DNA of 64,000 nt. Source: Hydrurus foetidus. Taxonomy: Eukaryota. The notes below the pieces were generated by a model, which saw only the letters and a program-made list of their open reading frames with translations, made no database searches and had not been told where the DNA came from. The stretch is taken from NCBI GenBank assembly GCA_900617105.1, contig UYFQ01000056.1:124001-188000 (forward strand), given 5' to 3'. Shown here piece by piece: positions 62,201 to 64,000 of this stretch. Each line of letters starts with the position of its first letter. Positions within the stretch are counted from its first letter, which is position 1. The translations under genes were made by a program, and so were the position numbers.

Positions 62201-64000
62201 TTTCCCCTACTCAATATCAAACACCTCTTTGAGAGGATCGGTAATAAAAAAACCGGATATTTACGGAGTGATGGATTTAACCGCAGGTTATCACCAAGCA
62301 CCTCTGTACACACCCCACCGAATCTATACCGCATTTATATGTTTCATGGGGGTGATTCAGTTCACGAGATTGCCTTTTGGCCCTTGTCGATCCCCCTCTT
62401 TCTTTCAGGAGCAGATGGTGACAATGGTCCTTCACGGTCTCATATACAACTGTTGCGAGATGTATCTCGATGACTGTATTGTATATGGCCGGGGCGAAGC
62501 AGAGTTTCTCGAGAATCTGCGCAATGTCTTTGAGAGATTTCGACTTAAGAATCTTAGGCTCAAAGCAAAGAAATGCAGATTCGGTCTCAAACGTATAGAA
62601 TACGTGGGACGAATCATAGACAAAGATGGATTATCCATGTCTAAGGAGAAGATTCAGACAGTACTCAACTTCCCACTTCCTAAAGAAGTAACATCCCTTC
62701 GTGGATTTCTTGGCTGAGCCAACTACTTTCGTCAATTTGTACCGTTTCATTCGGACATTGTCGAACCACTTCAAATGATGGTGGATCCAACAGCACTTAA
62801 ACGTTCCCCAATATATTGGACCCCCGAGGGGACTTTGGCATTTAATGAGACTAAAATCGCGGTATCGCGTTGTCCTTTAATGTACTTCATCAATGATGAT
62901 TCACCCATCAGATTATATACTGATGCATCCGACTATGGAATCGGTGGTGTACTCTTCCAAATTGTCAACACCGTGTGGAGACCAATTGCCTTTATAAGCA
63001 AATCTCTATCGACAACACAAATTAATTGGTCAACGATACAGAAAGAAGCTTATGCTATCTTTTTCTGTTGCCAACAACTCGATTATCTCATTCGAGACCG
63101 AAAGTTCACTATTCATACTGACCATATGAATTTGACTTACATGAAACAAAACCATACCTCAATGGTAACACGGTGGTTCATTGCAATGCAAGAACTTCAT
63201 TTCACCGTACACTTTGTCAAGGGGTCAGATAATGAACTAGCTGATGCCCTGTCACGGCTATGTCCGAACCTGACTGAAATTGCTCTGCCTCAGACAAGGA
63301 GGTCCTATGGTGACACGTCATCATCATCTTCTTCATCGTCATCTTACACAGTTTCCGCTTTGACGGTTATTGAACCACCGACAGATGAACAGAATGTTTA
63401 CATTCAAATGTGCCACAATGCAATTGTTGGTCACAACGGTGTCGACCGTACCCTCACTCGACTCTTTAGTCTTAACCACGTGTGGAAAAATACGAAACTG
63501 CCCATGCTGTCAGAAATTGAGCGCAGTTGATACAAAAATCAGCGCTGCTCATTTTTTCAACTTCAACACATGCTATTTTCGATACATTAAATATCGATTA
63601 TATTGGCCCATTCCCTGATAAAGGGTTTATTCGTGTCATAATTGACGCCTTCTCCAGATGGACAGAAATGTTCTGGTGTAAGGATGCTACTGCTCAGTCT
63701 GCATGTGAATGCTTACTGACTCATTTTGGTCGATTCGGATCGCCAAATATGATTAGATCCGATCGAGGATCCCACTTCGCTAATGATCTCATTAAAGAGT
63801 TCTTAGACCTTACGGGGACACCCCATAATCTCACTTTGGCTTACTCCTCACAAGAGAATGCCATTGTAGAAAGGGTCAACAAAGAAGTGAATAGACACTT
63901 ACGAGGTCTAGTGTTTGATACACCATCTCTTGAACACTATGCTAAATGCATACCATTTGTTCAACGCATCATTAACAGTTCAGTTAATCGACGAACAAAT
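59289..64000 (+). mobile_element. Degenerate Ty3/gypsy LTR retrotransposon (3' part outside the window)
   Basis: Starts with TG at the point where the transposase breaks off; the LTR may end at ...GACCACA near 59497 (tentative). Downstream pol is in RT-RH-IN order. The second LTR and TSD are not in the window. Confidence 0.8.
61900..64000 (+). pseudogene. Gypsy pol (RT-RNase H-integrase), disrupted
   Basis: Motifs CIDYRALN, MDLTAGYHQ, RLPFG, YLDD, YTDASDYGIGGVL, TDH, ADALSR, CHNAIVGHNG, CPCCQK, IDYIGP, IRSDRGSHF, ENAIVERVN. Frameshifts near 62030, 62250, 63495 and 63555; in-frame TGA at 62715-62717. Confidence 0.92.

Noticed and set aside
62715..62717. TGA readthrough or selenocysteine in gypsy pol
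   Set aside because: It falls at a position normally Leu (FLG-L-ANY) in a sequence with several other lesions; a simple nonsense mutation is the better explanation.

Overview
This is eukaryotic nuclear DNA with GT-AG introns and the standard code. It most likely comes from a plastid-bearing stramenopile (inferred from signal-peptide-plus-Phe plastid presequences and gene content). Positions 1-55.3 kb are gene-rich. They hold a CCDC180/DUF4455-like coiled-coil gene (runs off the left edge), a plastid-targeted helical-repeat/RAP protein, an SCP/CTDSPL2-type phosphatase, importin alpha, a phosducin-like TXNDC9, a ~13.5 kb gene for a large secreted mosaic protein ending in a GH43-like propeller, an organellar RF2, a cytosolic-type MDH, an Atp1/CGL160-like protein fused to a degenerate guanylate-kinase domain, and CLU/CLUH. 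An intact, very young Ty1/copia element sits at 27413-33185 (identical 271-bp LTRs, GAAAT target duplication, single 1696-aa ORF). It has no tRNA-type primer site. In that position is a perfect 15-nt complement of its own LTR, which points to self-primed reverse transcription, and it also lacks a polypurine tract. This is the most interesting system in the window. A foldback MITE lies in an RF2 intron. From ~56.4 kb the window becomes a nested transposon island: a hairpin element, a non-autonomous hAT, and a pogo-like transposase interrupted by a decayed Ty3/gypsy element. Family assignments are from motif recognition by eye and exon boundaries were read manually; no database searches were run.
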